From the IMG/VR virus record IMGVR_UViG_3300008267_000189, positions 581-64,580 of that record: 64,000 nt of DNA; one strand, written 5' to 3'. The DNA comes from a virus (taxonomy: Duplodnaviria; Caudoviricetes). A program made the position numbers and the translations under genes. The notes beneath the pieces are model-generated. The model did no database searches. It was given only the letters and a program-made list of their open reading frames with translations, and was not told the DNA's origin. Shown piece by piece: positions 36,480 to 46,522 of the stretch. The first letter of the stretch is position 1. Each line of letters opens with the position of its first letter.

Positions 36480-37457
36480 ATGAGAATGGTTTTAGTTACA
36501 TTGTTATTCATGCTTTTATTGCCAATGGCACATGCTAAAGAAATTGTTTTGACTCAAGATAATTCTGTAGTATTAAATGGTGCTTTTACTTCACAATCTG
36601 TCTCAAAATTGATTGGAGAAGTAAAAAAACTAGATGCAGAATTAAAGAGTGGATATCCAATTTATTTATTTTTAAACACGCCAGGGGGAAGTATTCAAGC
36701 GGGTTTAGAATTTTTTGAATTTATAAAAGGAGTAAACAGACCTGTTCATACTATTACTCTTTTTGCGGCCTCTATGGGATTTCAAACAGTCCAACACTTA
36801 AGAACTAGATACATACTGGAATATGGGGTTTTAATGAGCCATAAGGCCTCTGGTGGTTTTGAAGGAGAGTTTGGAGGGGAGTCAAGTCAATTAGATTCTC
36901 AATACGGCCTATGGCTGAGAAGACTTAAAATGATGGATGCAAAAACTGTTGAGCGTACAAAAGGTAAAAAAACTCTTAAACAATATCAAGCAGAGTATGA
37001 CAACGAACTATGGCTCAATGGTGCGGAAGCTGTTAAAAACGGATATGCTGACGAGGTAGTTGCGGTTAAATGCTCAGGTGCTCTTCAAGGAGAAAGAGAA
37101 GAAATAGTCGGGTTTATGGGAATGAGAGTAAGGGTGGTTTTTGATAAATGTCCAATTAGAACAGGTCCCATCTCTGTTTCTGTAATGGTTAGAACAAACA
37201 AAGGACTTGTAACTCTTGATCAATTTGTTGATAAAGGTGGAAATTTTGATACTGAAAATTGTCAAAAAACATCAACCCCTCAGTATGATTGGTCAGGCCG
37301 CATGGTCACCTCTGGTCAAGAATCTGAATTATGCGCCCTTGATAAGGGGATGAGTCTTGAAAAGGCTGAACAAATTGTAGAAGAATATAAAAATAAAAAC
37401 TTGATTAAAAACAAAAAAGTTATTAAAATGAGTTTTGGAAGCTTTGTTTCGGAATAA
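36480..37457 (+). CDS. ClpP-like serine protease with N-terminal signal peptide
   Basis: MRMVLVTLLFMLLLPMAHA/K; LNTPGGS, AASMG, MSH, EAVKNGYAD. Confidence 0.8.
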   Translation: MRMVLVTLLFMLLLPMAHAKEIVLTQDNSVVLNGAFTSQSVSKLIGEVKKLDAELKSGYPIYLFLNTPGGSIQAGLEFFEFIKGVNRPVHTITLFAASMGFQTVQHLRTRYILEYGVLMSHKASGGFEGEFGGESSQLDSQYGLWLRRLKMMDAKTVERTKGKKTLKQYQAEYDNELWLNGAEAVKNGYADEVVAVKCSGALQGEREEIVGFMGMRVRVVFDKCPIRTGPISVSVMVRTNKGLVTLDQFVDKGGNFDTENCQKTSTPQYDWSGRMVTSGQESELCALDKGMSLEKAEQIVEEYKNKNLIKNKKVIKMSFGSFVSE

Positions 37458-37461
37458 AAAA

Positions 37462-37737
37462 ATGCCTAGAATATTGTATTTATGTTCAAAATGTAGCAGT
37501 GAATCTAAAAAATTTTATAGATCTTCTATAGATATTTTGAATAAAATTGATTGTAAATGTGGAGGAGAGTTATTAAGACAGCTCTCCTCTCCTAATCAAC
37601 GTAGTAAGATTGTTATTGATAATGGCGTACAAGCTAAAGCAACCGAAATTGATAGAGAAATAGTTGAAATTATAGAAGATAGAGAAAAAGCAGATCTCAA
37701 AAAACGAGGAGATTCTGTAATAGAGGAATTAAAATAG
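37462..37737 (+). CDS. FmdB-like zinc ribbon protein
   Basis: MPRILYLCSKC..CKCGGELLRQLSSP. Confidence 0.65.
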   Translation: MPRILYLCSKCSSESKKFYRSSIDILNKIDCKCGGELLRQLSSPNQRSKIVIDNGVQAKATEIDREIVEIIEDREKADLKKRGDSVIEELK

Positions 37738-39779
37738 TGCTTAAATTAAGAAGGTATTCTTTTTCAGGCATCGGAAGATTCGTCGAAAAGCAAACAATAG
37801 ATCTAGAATCTAGAAGCCATCTGATACAAATCGATGGTCATAACACAAACACTGGAGGATCTTCTGGTGCAGGTAAATCAACAACAGTAGAAGCAATAGC
37901 CTTCCTTCTTGGTATTAGCGAAATACCGGCCACTCAACTTCAATCCAGGATCACCGATGAGCCTGCCTGGGTAGAAGGAGAATTTGAGGGCGGTATTACG
38001 ATCACAAGATCTAAAAAGGATGGATTAACCATTCAGACATCAGAAGGCTCGGTATCCGGTAACAGTAAATTAGCTGAAGAAAAATTAGATGAAATCATTG
38101 GAGTAAATAGAGAACTATTAAAAACAATGTGTTATAAAAGACAGAAACAGGGAGGTTTTTTTTTAAATCTTACCCCTAAACAATCTTATGATTTTTTGAT
38201 GCAATGTCTTGATCTCAAAGATTTTCAAAATAAAATAATTAAACTAGATGATATAGTAAAAAATAAATACAAACCCAAAAAGATAGAACTAGAAAGCAGT
38301 ATCAAAACCTTAAACGAGACTGTTGATCAGTTACGAGGATTGTTGTCTCAAAAAACTTCTCCCCAAAAAGAAGAGCAGGATGATTCATCTTTAAAAACAA
38401 ATATAGAAGATCTCAAATTAAAAATAGATAGTTTAAAACATGAGAAAGACCAATCACTGAACAAAATTGGCTCCAAGCCTGAATTTATTCCTATGTCTTT
38501 TGAAAAAGATCAAGAATTAAACAACATAAATAATCAAATTTCTGAACTAAGAACTATCATAAACAATAATATTAATAATAAAAACATAGAAATACAGCAG
38601 GCATCTTCTGCCATTTTTAAGATCAGAGAGCATGCAAAAGAGTTGAATCAACTTAAAAATAAAGCCGTGGAATTAGATTCCTTCATACAAAAACTTTATG
38701 GTGAATTTCAACATCTGGAAGCGGGTAATTGTCCCACCTGTCTTCGTCTTTGGGAAACAAAAGAAAACACACAAAGAATGCAGCAAGTTAGCAATCAGAT
38801 AGAATCTAATAAAAAGATTATTGAAGAATACTTAAAAGAAATTCAAAAAATACCTCATTACAAAATGATGGAAAAAAAAGCAGAGGAATTATTACAAAAT
38901 AGAACAGATCGGATCGTCAATGGTCTAGAAGAAAAAGACCTTGCCGAGCTTCAAGAGAAGCAAAGAGTTTTGATGAACGAAAAAGAAAATATTAAAAGCA
39001 CAGCTAATCAGAACCATTTAAATCGTGTAAATGAATGGAATTACAAAGTTTTCAACATAAATCAAAAATATTATGATGAATCGTCAGAACTAGAAACCCG
39101 AATCAACCATCTTCGACATGAGGTTGAAAAAATCCAATTAAAAAAGAAGAATTATACTCAAGCTCTTGAAATCTATGAAAAAGATTGTAAAAATATAAAA
39201 GACAAAATTTCTTTAAATTCAGATGAACTACAAAAACAAATAATTGAACTGAGAACGCTTGAAAAAAATATCCTATTATCTGAAGAATCTATTCGTTTAA
39301 TTAAAAATTTTACTTTACAAAAGTTCCAAGATACGCTAAACTATATCGGACATAGGGCGACTGAAATTATTAATCTCATTCCTAACATGGCAAATGCTGT
39401 TATTTTTTTTGAAAACAGTAAAGAAACTAAATCAGGTAATATTAAAAATGAAGTAAATGCTATTATTAATTTAGAAGGAGATAGTTCTGTTCCGATCAAA
39501 ACCCTATCTGGAGGAGAACGGACTTCGGCCGATTTTGCAATTGATTTAGCTGTGGGTGAAATGATAGAAAACATGACTCAAAAAGGTGTGAATTTTTTCA
39601 TTATAGATGAGGGCTTTGACGGATTAGATTCAATATCTAAAATTCAATGTTTAGAAATATTAAAAGGCTTAAATACTGATAAAAAAATATTAATGGTAGA
39701 TCATTCTTCAGAAGTTAAAGAAATGGTTTATGATACTATAATCGTAAAACGCATAGGCGAAAAGAGTTTTGTACAATGA
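37737..39779 (+). CDS. Rad50/SbcC-like ABC ATPase
   Basis: GAGKST, CPTC zinc hook, LSGGE, IIDEGF, VDH. Confidence 0.9.
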   Translation: MLKLRRYSFSGIGRFVEKQTIDLESRSHLIQIDGHNTNTGGSSGAGKSTTVEAIAFLLGISEIPATQLQSRITDEPAWVEGEFEGGITITRSKKDGLTIQTSEGSVSGNSKLAEEKLDEIIGVNRELLKTMCYKRQKQGGFFLNLTPKQSYDFLMQCLDLKDFQNKIIKLDDIVKNKYKPKKIELESSIKTLNETVDQLRGLLSQKTSPQKEEQDDSSLKTNIEDLKLKIDSLKHEKDQSLNKIGSKPEFIPMSFEKDQELNNINNQISELRTIINNNINNKNIEIQQASSAIFKIREHAKELNQLKNKAVELDSFIQKLYGEFQHLEAGNCPTCLRLWETKENTQRMQQVSNQIESNKKIIEEYLKEIQKIPHYKMMEKKAEELLQNRTDRIVNGLEEKDLAELQEKQRVLMNEKENIKSTANQNHLNRVNEWNYKVFNINQKYYDESSELETRINHLRHEVEKIQLKKKNYTQALEIYEKDCKNIKDKISLNSDELQKQIIELRTLEKNILLSEESIRLIKNFTLQKFQDTLNYIGHRATEIINLIPNMANAVIFFENSKETKSGNIKNEVNAIINLEGDSSVPIKTLSGGERTSADFAIDLAVGEMIENMTQKGVNFFIIDEGFDGLDSISKIQCLEILKGLNTDKKILMVDHSSEVKEMVYDTIIVKRIGEKSFVQ

Positions 39780-40129
39780 GTAAATTAAAAGAACAACTAG
39801 ATGTGGACATTCTTAGATTTTTAGAAAATATAGAAAATCAGAATTTTTCTGACAAAATTCAAACACTTAGACATCTTTTTGATAAATATATACATTTAAG
39901 TAAAAGCGAATTATTATTAGATGCTCATGATTTATCTGTTATTGTAAACGATGCTAAAACTATTTTTGCTTCCCAGTCCATGCCAATTCATTTGGGAGCT
40001 ACTAAAAGAATAGTAAGTCCTGGTGATTTGCCTAATTTATGTGTGATAGAAGCTACTGTGTCTCTTTTAAATAAAAAAGATTGCCTTAAAAAAATACCTC
40101 GATTTGATAAACGAGAAGATAAACTATAG
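39776..40129 (+). CDS. Hypothetical protein
   Basis: Coupled ORF. Confidence 0.55.
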   Translation: MSKLKEQLDVDILRFLENIENQNFSDKIQTLRHLFDKYIHLSKSELLLDAHDLSVIVNDAKTIFASQSMPIHLGATKRIVSPGDLPNLCVIEATVSLLNKKDCLKKIPRFDKREDKL

Positions 40130-40136
40130 GAGATTT

Positions 40137-40637
40137 ATGTCTAAAAAAACTATTGATGAGATTGTTGAAGAAAAATTACCAACATTCGCAAATATGATCA
40201 AGGATATGAGGAATAAAGAAGAGCTTGAAGGAAGTCTTATAATCTATCTCAGAGAAAAAGAAGGGTTAATAATTCAAAAAACCCGAGATGAGGAGCTTGT
40301 TCAATTAAAAGAAAGAAAAGCAAAAATTGCTAAACCTTACAACCAAACAATTAGTGCTTTAAAAAACATGATGGAGTGCATCTATAAATTCGGACATAAA
40401 TTTGAAGCAGATCTTAAACAAGAATTTGAAAGAAATTTAGTAGCTTATGCTAGACAACTTTCTGACATTAAAAGACAGAAAGACGAAGATAAAGAACTTA
40501 CCGCTATAAACGAAATGATTAAAGAGATTAATGAGGATTACGATCCTACGATAAAGGCTTTAGAAATGAAATGCGAATATGTTTCATTTGTTTTAAAAGA
40601 AAGGTTTAATATAGATGCCCCGAAAGTCGAAATCTGA
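40137..40637 (+). CDS. Coiled-coil protein with internal duplication
   Basis: AGGAG RBS; two ~55-aa repeats (K.RDEEL..Y..TISAL / K.EDKEL..Y..TIKAL). Confidence 0.6.
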   Translation: MSKKTIDEIVEEKLPTFANMIKDMRNKEELEGSLIIYLREKEGLIIQKTRDEELVQLKERKAKIAKPYNQTISALKNMMECIYKFGHKFEADLKQEFERNLVAYARQLSDIKRQKDEDKELTAINEMIKEINEDYDPTIKALEMKCEYVSFVLKERFNIDAPKVEI

Positions 40638-41238
40638 AAATAAGGAATCATTAAAACCGCCTACTCCTGATATAGTTAAAAAGAGGCTAATCAAGGGAGG
40701 AGTTCGCAGAGTATTCAGGCAATCAATTGAAATGAGATTTATATTGCAGAGTGCTAGGGTTGAGCTTCCTCCCAAAACTCTTAAGGATGGGTCGGCTGGT
40801 AAAAAGAATCAAGTAAGATACAGATGTGCTGTATGTGGAGGTCTTTTTTCTCAAAAAGATGTTGCGGTAGATCATATTGATCCTGTTATTCCTCTTCATA
40901 GATCGGAAGAGGAAATGACGATTGATGAAATGGCATATAGAATATGGTGTGATATCAATAATTTACAAGTTATTTGTAATACCCCATTAAAGAAAAATAA
41001 TGGAGTTTCCAGTTGCCATAAGATAAAGACGGATGAGGAGAATTTTGTTAGAAAAACATTAAAAGAAAAATACCCTGCAATGGCTGAAGACCCTTCGGTA
41101 TGGCCGTTTGAAGCTTTAATAAAAGAACAAAAAGAAGAATACAAATTATATTTCAAACAGAAAGAACAAGAAAGAATAGAAAAGATAAAAAGAAAAGAAG
41201 AACGAGAAGCTAAAAGAAAAAACAAGGCAAAAAAATGA
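40615..41238 (+). CDS. HNH endonuclease-like protein
   Basis: CAVC, VDHIDPV, NLQVIC, CHKIKT. Confidence 0.8.
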   Translation: MPRKSKSENKESLKPPTPDIVKKRLIKGGVRRVFRQSIEMRFILQSARVELPPKTLKDGSAGKKNQVRYRCAVCGGLFSQKDVAVDHIDPVIPLHRSEEEMTIDEMAYRIWCDINNLQVICNTPLKKNNGVSSCHKIKTDEENFVRKTLKEKYPAMAEDPSVWPFEALIKEQKEEYKLYFKQKEQERIEKIKRKEEREAKRKNKAKK

Positions 41239-41480
41239 ATAAAAAAATTATTTCCCAAGAACAGGCTTCTGTAAGATTGAAAGAATTAGAAGTAAGACAA
41301 AGAGTTTTGAAGGCGTTTAGAAACCACCATTTTAAATTCGGCAGTCATCAAAATGCTGCACAAAATCAGTATGAGATTAATAGAAATAAACATGAAATAA
41401 ATCTTCTTCAAAGTATCGTATTCTGGCATAAAAAATCTAAAAAATTATTTGCAAAAATCAAAAAGATCAGTCATGAGTAA
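41235..41480 (+). CDS. Hypothetical protein
   Basis: Coupled ORF. Confidence 0.5.
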   Translation: MNKKIISQEQASVRLKELEVRQRVLKAFRNHHFKFGSHQNAAQNQYEINRNKHEINLLQSIVFWHKKSKKLFAKIKKISHE

Positions 41481-42279
41481 AGATGAAGATATTTTAAAAA
41501 TCATAAAAGATATTCAAAAAAATTATAAAGCAGAGCTGGAAGATAGTCCCGAGGAGGATCGTCTATCTTTTCTTGATCAAATTAATAATTTAATTAGATC
41601 AATTTTTAATGATTCTTCTATGACTGTTTATGATGTTTTTAGCAAAGATGAGCTGAAAAAATGGAAAAATAAAAGATTTTTTAGAATTATTAAACATTTT
41701 ATACTTAATAATTACAAAAATACTTTTTATTTTGTTCTTCTTATAACTATTACAGGTTTTTTAGTTAGCGAGACGCTGGATTTTTATGCAACAACAGGTG
41801 TTGTTGATTTTAAAACTTATGTAAAGGCTATTTTGACCGAAGTCTGCTTTATATTTCTATCAGGATATAGATCTGATAACAGAACGCAAATGATCGGTGC
41901 AGGTATTTTGCGGGTGAGTATTTTTTGTTTAATGATATTTGTAATCACTTCTAAAACATTCATGGATAGCACTAAAAATTACAGTAATACAAATGCTATT
42001 CAAGAACAAGTTTTAATAATACAAAAACAAATAACACAAAAAGAAAAAGATATTCGATATTACCGAGATGTAAAGCAATGGCCCAATACCGTTAGGCAAC
42101 TTACAAGAGAAATGGATGATCTTGTAAAAAAGCTTATACAATTAAAAGAAAAACAAGCAGACGGTGCTACTGTAGAAGTTTCAGAACTTATTAGATATAA
42201 AGCCTATGGTAATGCTTTTTTCCGTGTTGTTTTATTATTCATATCTATTTTGATTACAAGACGAATTTTTTCTTTCTAA
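41473..42279 (+). CDS. Multi-pass membrane protein with coiled coil
   Basis: 3 TM + coiled coil + 1 TM. Confidence 0.6.
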   Translation: MSKDEDILKIIKDIQKNYKAELEDSPEEDRLSFLDQINNLIRSIFNDSSMTVYDVFSKDELKKWKNKRFFRIIKHFILNNYKNTFYFVLLITITGFLVSETLDFYATTGVVDFKTYVKAILTEVCFIFLSGYRSDNRTQMIGAGILRVSIFCLMIFVITSKTFMDSTKNYSNTNAIQEQVLIIQKQITQKEKDIRYYRDVKQWPNTVRQLTREMDDLVKKLIQLKEKQADGATVEVSELIRYKAYGNAFFRVVLLFISILITRRIFSF

Positions 42280-42319
42280 ACGCCTTAAAAAATGATAGTA
42301 TATTTATGGAAGGAGAAAT

Positions 42320-43291
42320 ATGTCATTATTAAATCCAAGAGATTTTTATAAGCCTTTTGAATACCCTCGTGCTTATGAGTATTTTGAAAAACAACAAAAT
42401 GCCCACTGGCTACCTAGCGAAGTAGCCATGTCAAAAGATATCAATGACTGGACTCATAAATTAACAGAATCGGAAAGATCGGTCATTGGTCAGATTTTAA
42501 AATCATTTACTCAAACTGAAATTAGCGTAAATGAATATTGGGGAAGAAAAATAAGTAAATGGTTTCAAAAACCAGAGATCTGCATGATGGCTTCGGCATT
42601 TAGTTCAATGGAGAGCATTCACACAGTAGGCTATTCTTATTTAAATGACAGTCTCGGGCTGGATGATTATTCTGCATTTTTGCAAGACCCTACAGCAGTG
42701 GCTAAATTAGATGCATTAAAAAATGTAAAAGGAAAAAGCAAACAAGATATTGCCAGATCTCTTGCAGTATTTAGCGGATTTACCGAAGGAGTAAATCTAT
42801 TCAGTTCTTTTGCAATTTTAATGAGTTTTTCTAGATTTAATTTACTAGAAGGAGTCGAAACAATCGTAAGCTGGTCTGTTCGAGATGAGTCGCTACATTC
42901 TGAAGCAGGGTGCTGGCTTTTTAGAACTTTTATTGAAGAAAACCCTGAGATATGGACTGATGAGCTTAAAAAAGATATTTACGATGCGGCTAGGCTTTCG
43001 GTAAAATTAGAGGATGATTTTATTGATAACGCATTTAGTCTTGGGAAAGTAAGAGGATTAGATCCAGTTGATCTTAAAAATTTCATTAGAATGAGAGCTA
43101 ATGCAAAGTTACAAGATCTGGGTCTTAAAACTAATTGGAAAAATATTGATCAAGACTCTCTTAAAAGGATGGCATGGTTTGACGAACTAAGTGGCGGTAC
43201 AAAATTTGCTGATTTTTTCGCAGGAAGAATTACAGATTATAGTCGTTCTAATTTTACAGTTGATAATTTGTTTGAAAAAGAGGATAAATAG
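42320..43291 (+). CDS. nrdB: Ribonucleotide reductase class I beta subunit
   Basis: KPFEYP, ESIHTVGY, EGVNLFSSF, RDESLH, DFFAGR..DY. Confidence 0.95.
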   Translation: MSLLNPRDFYKPFEYPRAYEYFEKQQNAHWLPSEVAMSKDINDWTHKLTESERSVIGQILKSFTQTEISVNEYWGRKISKWFQKPEICMMASAFSSMESIHTVGYSYLNDSLGLDDYSAFLQDPTAVAKLDALKNVKGKSKQDIARSLAVFSGFTEGVNLFSSFAILMSFSRFNLLEGVETIVSWSVRDESLHSEAGCWLFRTFIEENPEIWTDELKKDIYDAARLSVKLEDDFIDNAFSLGKVRGLDPVDLKNFIRMRANAKLQDLGLKTNWKNIDQDSLKRMAWFDELSGGTKFADFFAGRITDYSRSNFTVDNLFEKEDK

Positions 43292-45042
43292 TGGAACTGG
43301 ATAAAGAATTAGAAAAATTAAAACAAACAGGAGGCGCTCCAGAGTGGATGACTTCTGCAGGATATATTACAATTTCAAAAGGATACAGACTTAAAGGCGA
43401 AACTCCTAAAGAAATGTATTTAAGAGTTGCTACTAGTGCGGCTAATTTTTTATACCAAAACTCCGAAAAGGTACTGGGATTAAAAAAGAAAGAAATGACG
43501 GACGTATTTTTTCAGGCAATGTGGAAAAATTGGCTATGCCCTGCTAGTCCTGTTCTATCAAATTTAGGCACTGATAGAGGATTGCCCATTTCTTGCTATG
43601 GTAATGATGCAGGTGATTCTGTACAAAGAATCATGGAATGTGCCACAGAGCTTGCTATGTTATCAAAAAATTCTGGTGGCGTAGGGATAAATTGGAGCAG
43701 AATCAGACCTAGAGGGTCTTTAATTAAAAACGGAGCAAACGGTGCTTCAGAAGGAATTATACCTTTTGCTAAAATCTATGATTCTGTGATAATAGGCATA
43801 TCTCAAGGCTCCACTCGTCGAGGAGCTGCTTCTGGTAATTTAAATATTGAGCACGGAGATTGGCATGAATTTGTTCGTATGCGCAGGCCGGAAGGGGATG
43901 TGAATCGTCAGTGCGGTAATTTGCATCATTGTACAGTAATTGAAGATGAATTTATGCAAAAAGTAATAGACGGAGATCAGGTTTCTAGAGCTAAGTGGGC
44001 AGAACTTATGAAAGCTCGAATGGAAACGGGTGAGCCATATATAATGTTTAAAGATAATGTTAACAAAGCCAACCCAGTAGGGTATAAAAAACTGGGATTA
44101 GAAGTTGACATGACAAATATTTGTAGTGAAATTACTTTGTTTACAGATGATGATCATAGTTTTATTTGTTGTTTAGCTTCGCTTAATCTGGCAAATTATG
44201 ATGAATGGAAAACACAAAAAATCCAAAATTTGTCTTTGCCTGAAATTACTACTGCTTTTTTAAATGGAGTATTGAATGAGTTTATCAACAAAGCTCAAAC
44301 AATGTTCGGGCTAGATAAAGTAGTTCGTCATGCTCTTAAGGGGCGAGCAATTGGCATTGGAGTCCTAGGATGGCACACTCTTTTGCAAGCTAAAAATATG
44401 TCTTTTGAATCGTTTCCAACCATGATGCTGAATGGTGAGATTTTTAATTTTATTCATAAAGAAGCCATCCAAGCATCTAAGGACCTGGCAAAAACTTTTG
44501 GAGAGCCTGAATGGTGCAAAGGGAGCGGTATGTATAATTCGCATTTAATTGCAATTGCACCTACTAGGTCTAATTCGATTATATCTGGAGATGTGTCACC
44601 AGGTATCGAGCCAATAATTGCGAATGCTTATGTCGACAAAACAGCTAAAGGAACTTTTATTAGGAAAAATCCTTTTCTTATGCTATTATTAGAAAAATAT
44701 GAAAAAAATAACGACAAAATATGGAAAGATATTGCTAGAAAAAACGGATCGGTTCAACATCTTGAGTTTTTGTCTGAAAACGAAAAAAATGTATTCAAAA
44801 CAGCATATGAGATTAATCAAATGGCAATAATTACACAAGCAGCACAGAGACAGCAATTTGTATGCCAATCGCAGAGTTTAAATTTATTTTTTCCTACAGA
44901 AGTAAAGCCTAGTTATTTTAATAAAGTACATATTGAAGCTTGGAAAATGGGAATTAAGACATTGTATTATTGCAGATCTAAATCCGGCATTCAGGCGGAT
45001 ATAGCAAATAGAAATGAAGAATGTGCTTCTTGTGAATCTTAA
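43291..45042 (+). CDS. nrdA: Ribonucleotide reductase class I alpha subunit (no ATP cone)
   Basis: ASPVLSN, PISC, TNICSEI, APT, KTLYY, CASCES. Confidence 0.95.
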   Translation: MELDKELEKLKQTGGAPEWMTSAGYITISKGYRLKGETPKEMYLRVATSAANFLYQNSEKVLGLKKKEMTDVFFQAMWKNWLCPASPVLSNLGTDRGLPISCYGNDAGDSVQRIMECATELAMLSKNSGGVGINWSRIRPRGSLIKNGANGASEGIIPFAKIYDSVIIGISQGSTRRGAASGNLNIEHGDWHEFVRMRRPEGDVNRQCGNLHHCTVIEDEFMQKVIDGDQVSRAKWAELMKARMETGEPYIMFKDNVNKANPVGYKKLGLEVDMTNICSEITLFTDDDHSFICCLASLNLANYDEWKTQKIQNLSLPEITTAFLNGVLNEFINKAQTMFGLDKVVRHALKGRAIGIGVLGWHTLLQAKNMSFESFPTMMLNGEIFNFIHKEAIQASKDLAKTFGEPEWCKGSGMYNSHLIAIAPTRSNSIISGDVSPGIEPIIANAYVDKTAKGTFIRKNPFLMLLLEKYEKNNDKIWKDIARKNGSVQHLEFLSENEKNVFKTAYEINQMAIITQAAQRQQFVCQSQSLNLFFPTEVKPSYFNKVHIEAWKMGIKTLYYCRSKSGIQADIANRNEECASCES

Positions 45043-45071
45043 TTATGATACTATGTGTTTAAGAGGTGTAT

Positions 45072-45935
45072 ATGAGTCAATTTGATAGAAATTTTTGGGA
45101 TAGAGTAGATGATGAAGATTTAACAACAACAGAAGAAGACTATGAATACTTTTCGGAAGAAGAATCTGATTCCTATGATTTAGATGAATCTGAAGAAATG
45201 CAAGATTTATTAGATATACAGGAAGTTTCAGTAGTAGATAATGCCAGAATCCGACTTGAGCAAGGTCGTTTATATGAAATGCTAATAAAACACAATCTAT
45301 TTGATGGGGTAGATGCGATGCCTCAGGCAGTAGCTAAGGTTCAATCTGAAATAAAAGAATTTATTATTGAAAGATTGGAGATTCTTTTAGGAATGAGATC
45401 AGAAAAACAAAAAGAAGTTCATCAGATAATTAAAGAATCTCAATTTAATGAGTTGGAAGTTCAAGCATTAAAAATGATTGCCAGCAAAGTAACTAAAGGC
45501 GCTTCTGAAACAGCTCCGATTACTTCTGAAAAACCTAAAAACGAGCTTAATGCTATAAAAAGTTCAGCCACAGGTAGGTCAGAATTAAATATTGTTAAAA
45601 AAACACCTCCCCCTGTAGCTGTTCAAAAAAAAACTCATAAACAGATTCCCGTAAAAAAATCTATTAATAAGGAACTAGTTAAAAAAACAAAAGAAGAGGA
45701 TCTTCGAAATATGTCGCCTGATGCAATTGCTAAAAAAGATATGAAATATATTAATTCATTAAAAGAAATGTCCCTATCAGAAGCTAATAAAATTGTATCA
45801 GAAAGACACTCTAGACCTCGACCAACTATCAAAATGGATCAAGAATCAATCAATAGACACTACACCGCTAAGATGGCAGTTAATGAAGAAGCACAATCAT
45901 TTATGACCCTGTTAGCAATGGCAAAAAGAAAATAA
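45072..45935 (+). CDS. Hypothetical protein, acidic N-terminus
   Basis: GAGGTG RBS; promoter motif at 45045. Confidence 0.6.
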   Translation: MSQFDRNFWDRVDDEDLTTTEEDYEYFSEEESDSYDLDESEEMQDLLDIQEVSVVDNARIRLEQGRLYEMLIKHNLFDGVDAMPQAVAKVQSEIKEFIIERLEILLGMRSEKQKEVHQIIKESQFNELEVQALKMIASKVTKGASETAPITSEKPKNELNAIKSSATGRSELNIVKKTPPPVAVQKKTHKQIPVKKSINKELVKKTKEEDLRNMSPDAIAKKDMKYINSLKEMSLSEANKIVSERHSRPRPTIKMDQESINRHYTAKMAVNEEAQSFMTLLAMAKRK

Positions 45936-45946
45936 AGGAGAACACA

Positions 45947-46522
45947 ATGCGACCAGAAGAAAAACTACAGAAATCAAAAGAGAAACTTGAGAATTTGACA
46001 GAACAATCATTAATAACAGCCCGAAGAGTGGGTGAGATGGAATTAATTCTCTATAATATTGCTAGAGAAAATGAAATCTTAAAAGATGCTTTGCAATTAT
46101 TACATGAAAAACTAGATGCTGTAATTATTCTGCAAAACAGAAATTTGCCATTAAATGATGATAATATAAATGAAGCTGTTGTTGAAATGAAAGAAAATTC
46201 TTTAAAAGAAAGAGTAACAGAAATGCTACAACAAGGATCTATTACGCCAGTCGACACTGTGGGCGAAGATTCTTTGATTGTTAGTCGTGAACTAAACAAA
46301 GAAGGCAAAGTAGAAAACCCTAGACTCCAGTTTCTTGTGGGTCGTCTTATTGATGAACTTAAATCAAAATTTGTAGGGAAAAAAGTAGGAGATTTAATTC
46401 AAGGCGAAGAAAGTAAGTTAGATATTGAAATTATGGAAGTCTATGACTTAGTGCCTAAAAGCCTAGGTAAAATCGATGCTAACAATGATTTACCATTAGA
46501 ACAGACTAACCAGGACTCCTAA
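45947..46522 (+). CDS. Coiled coil + GreA/Rnk-like C-terminal domain
   Basis: TVGEDSLIV..FVGKKVGDLI..IEIMEVY. Confidence 0.35.
   Translation: MRPEEKLQKSKEKLENLTEQSLITARRVGEMELILYNIARENEILKDALQLLHEKLDAVIILQNRNLPLNDDNINEAVVEMKENSLKERVTEMLQQGSITPVDTVGEDSLIVSRELNKEGKVENPRLQFLVGRLIDELKSKFVGKKVGDLIQGEESKLDIEIMEVYDLVPKSLGKIDANNDLPLEQTNQDS

Noticed and set aside
40615-41238. HNH gene as a mobile homing element
   Set aside because: It interrupts no gene and overlaps neighbours as an ordinary operon member.
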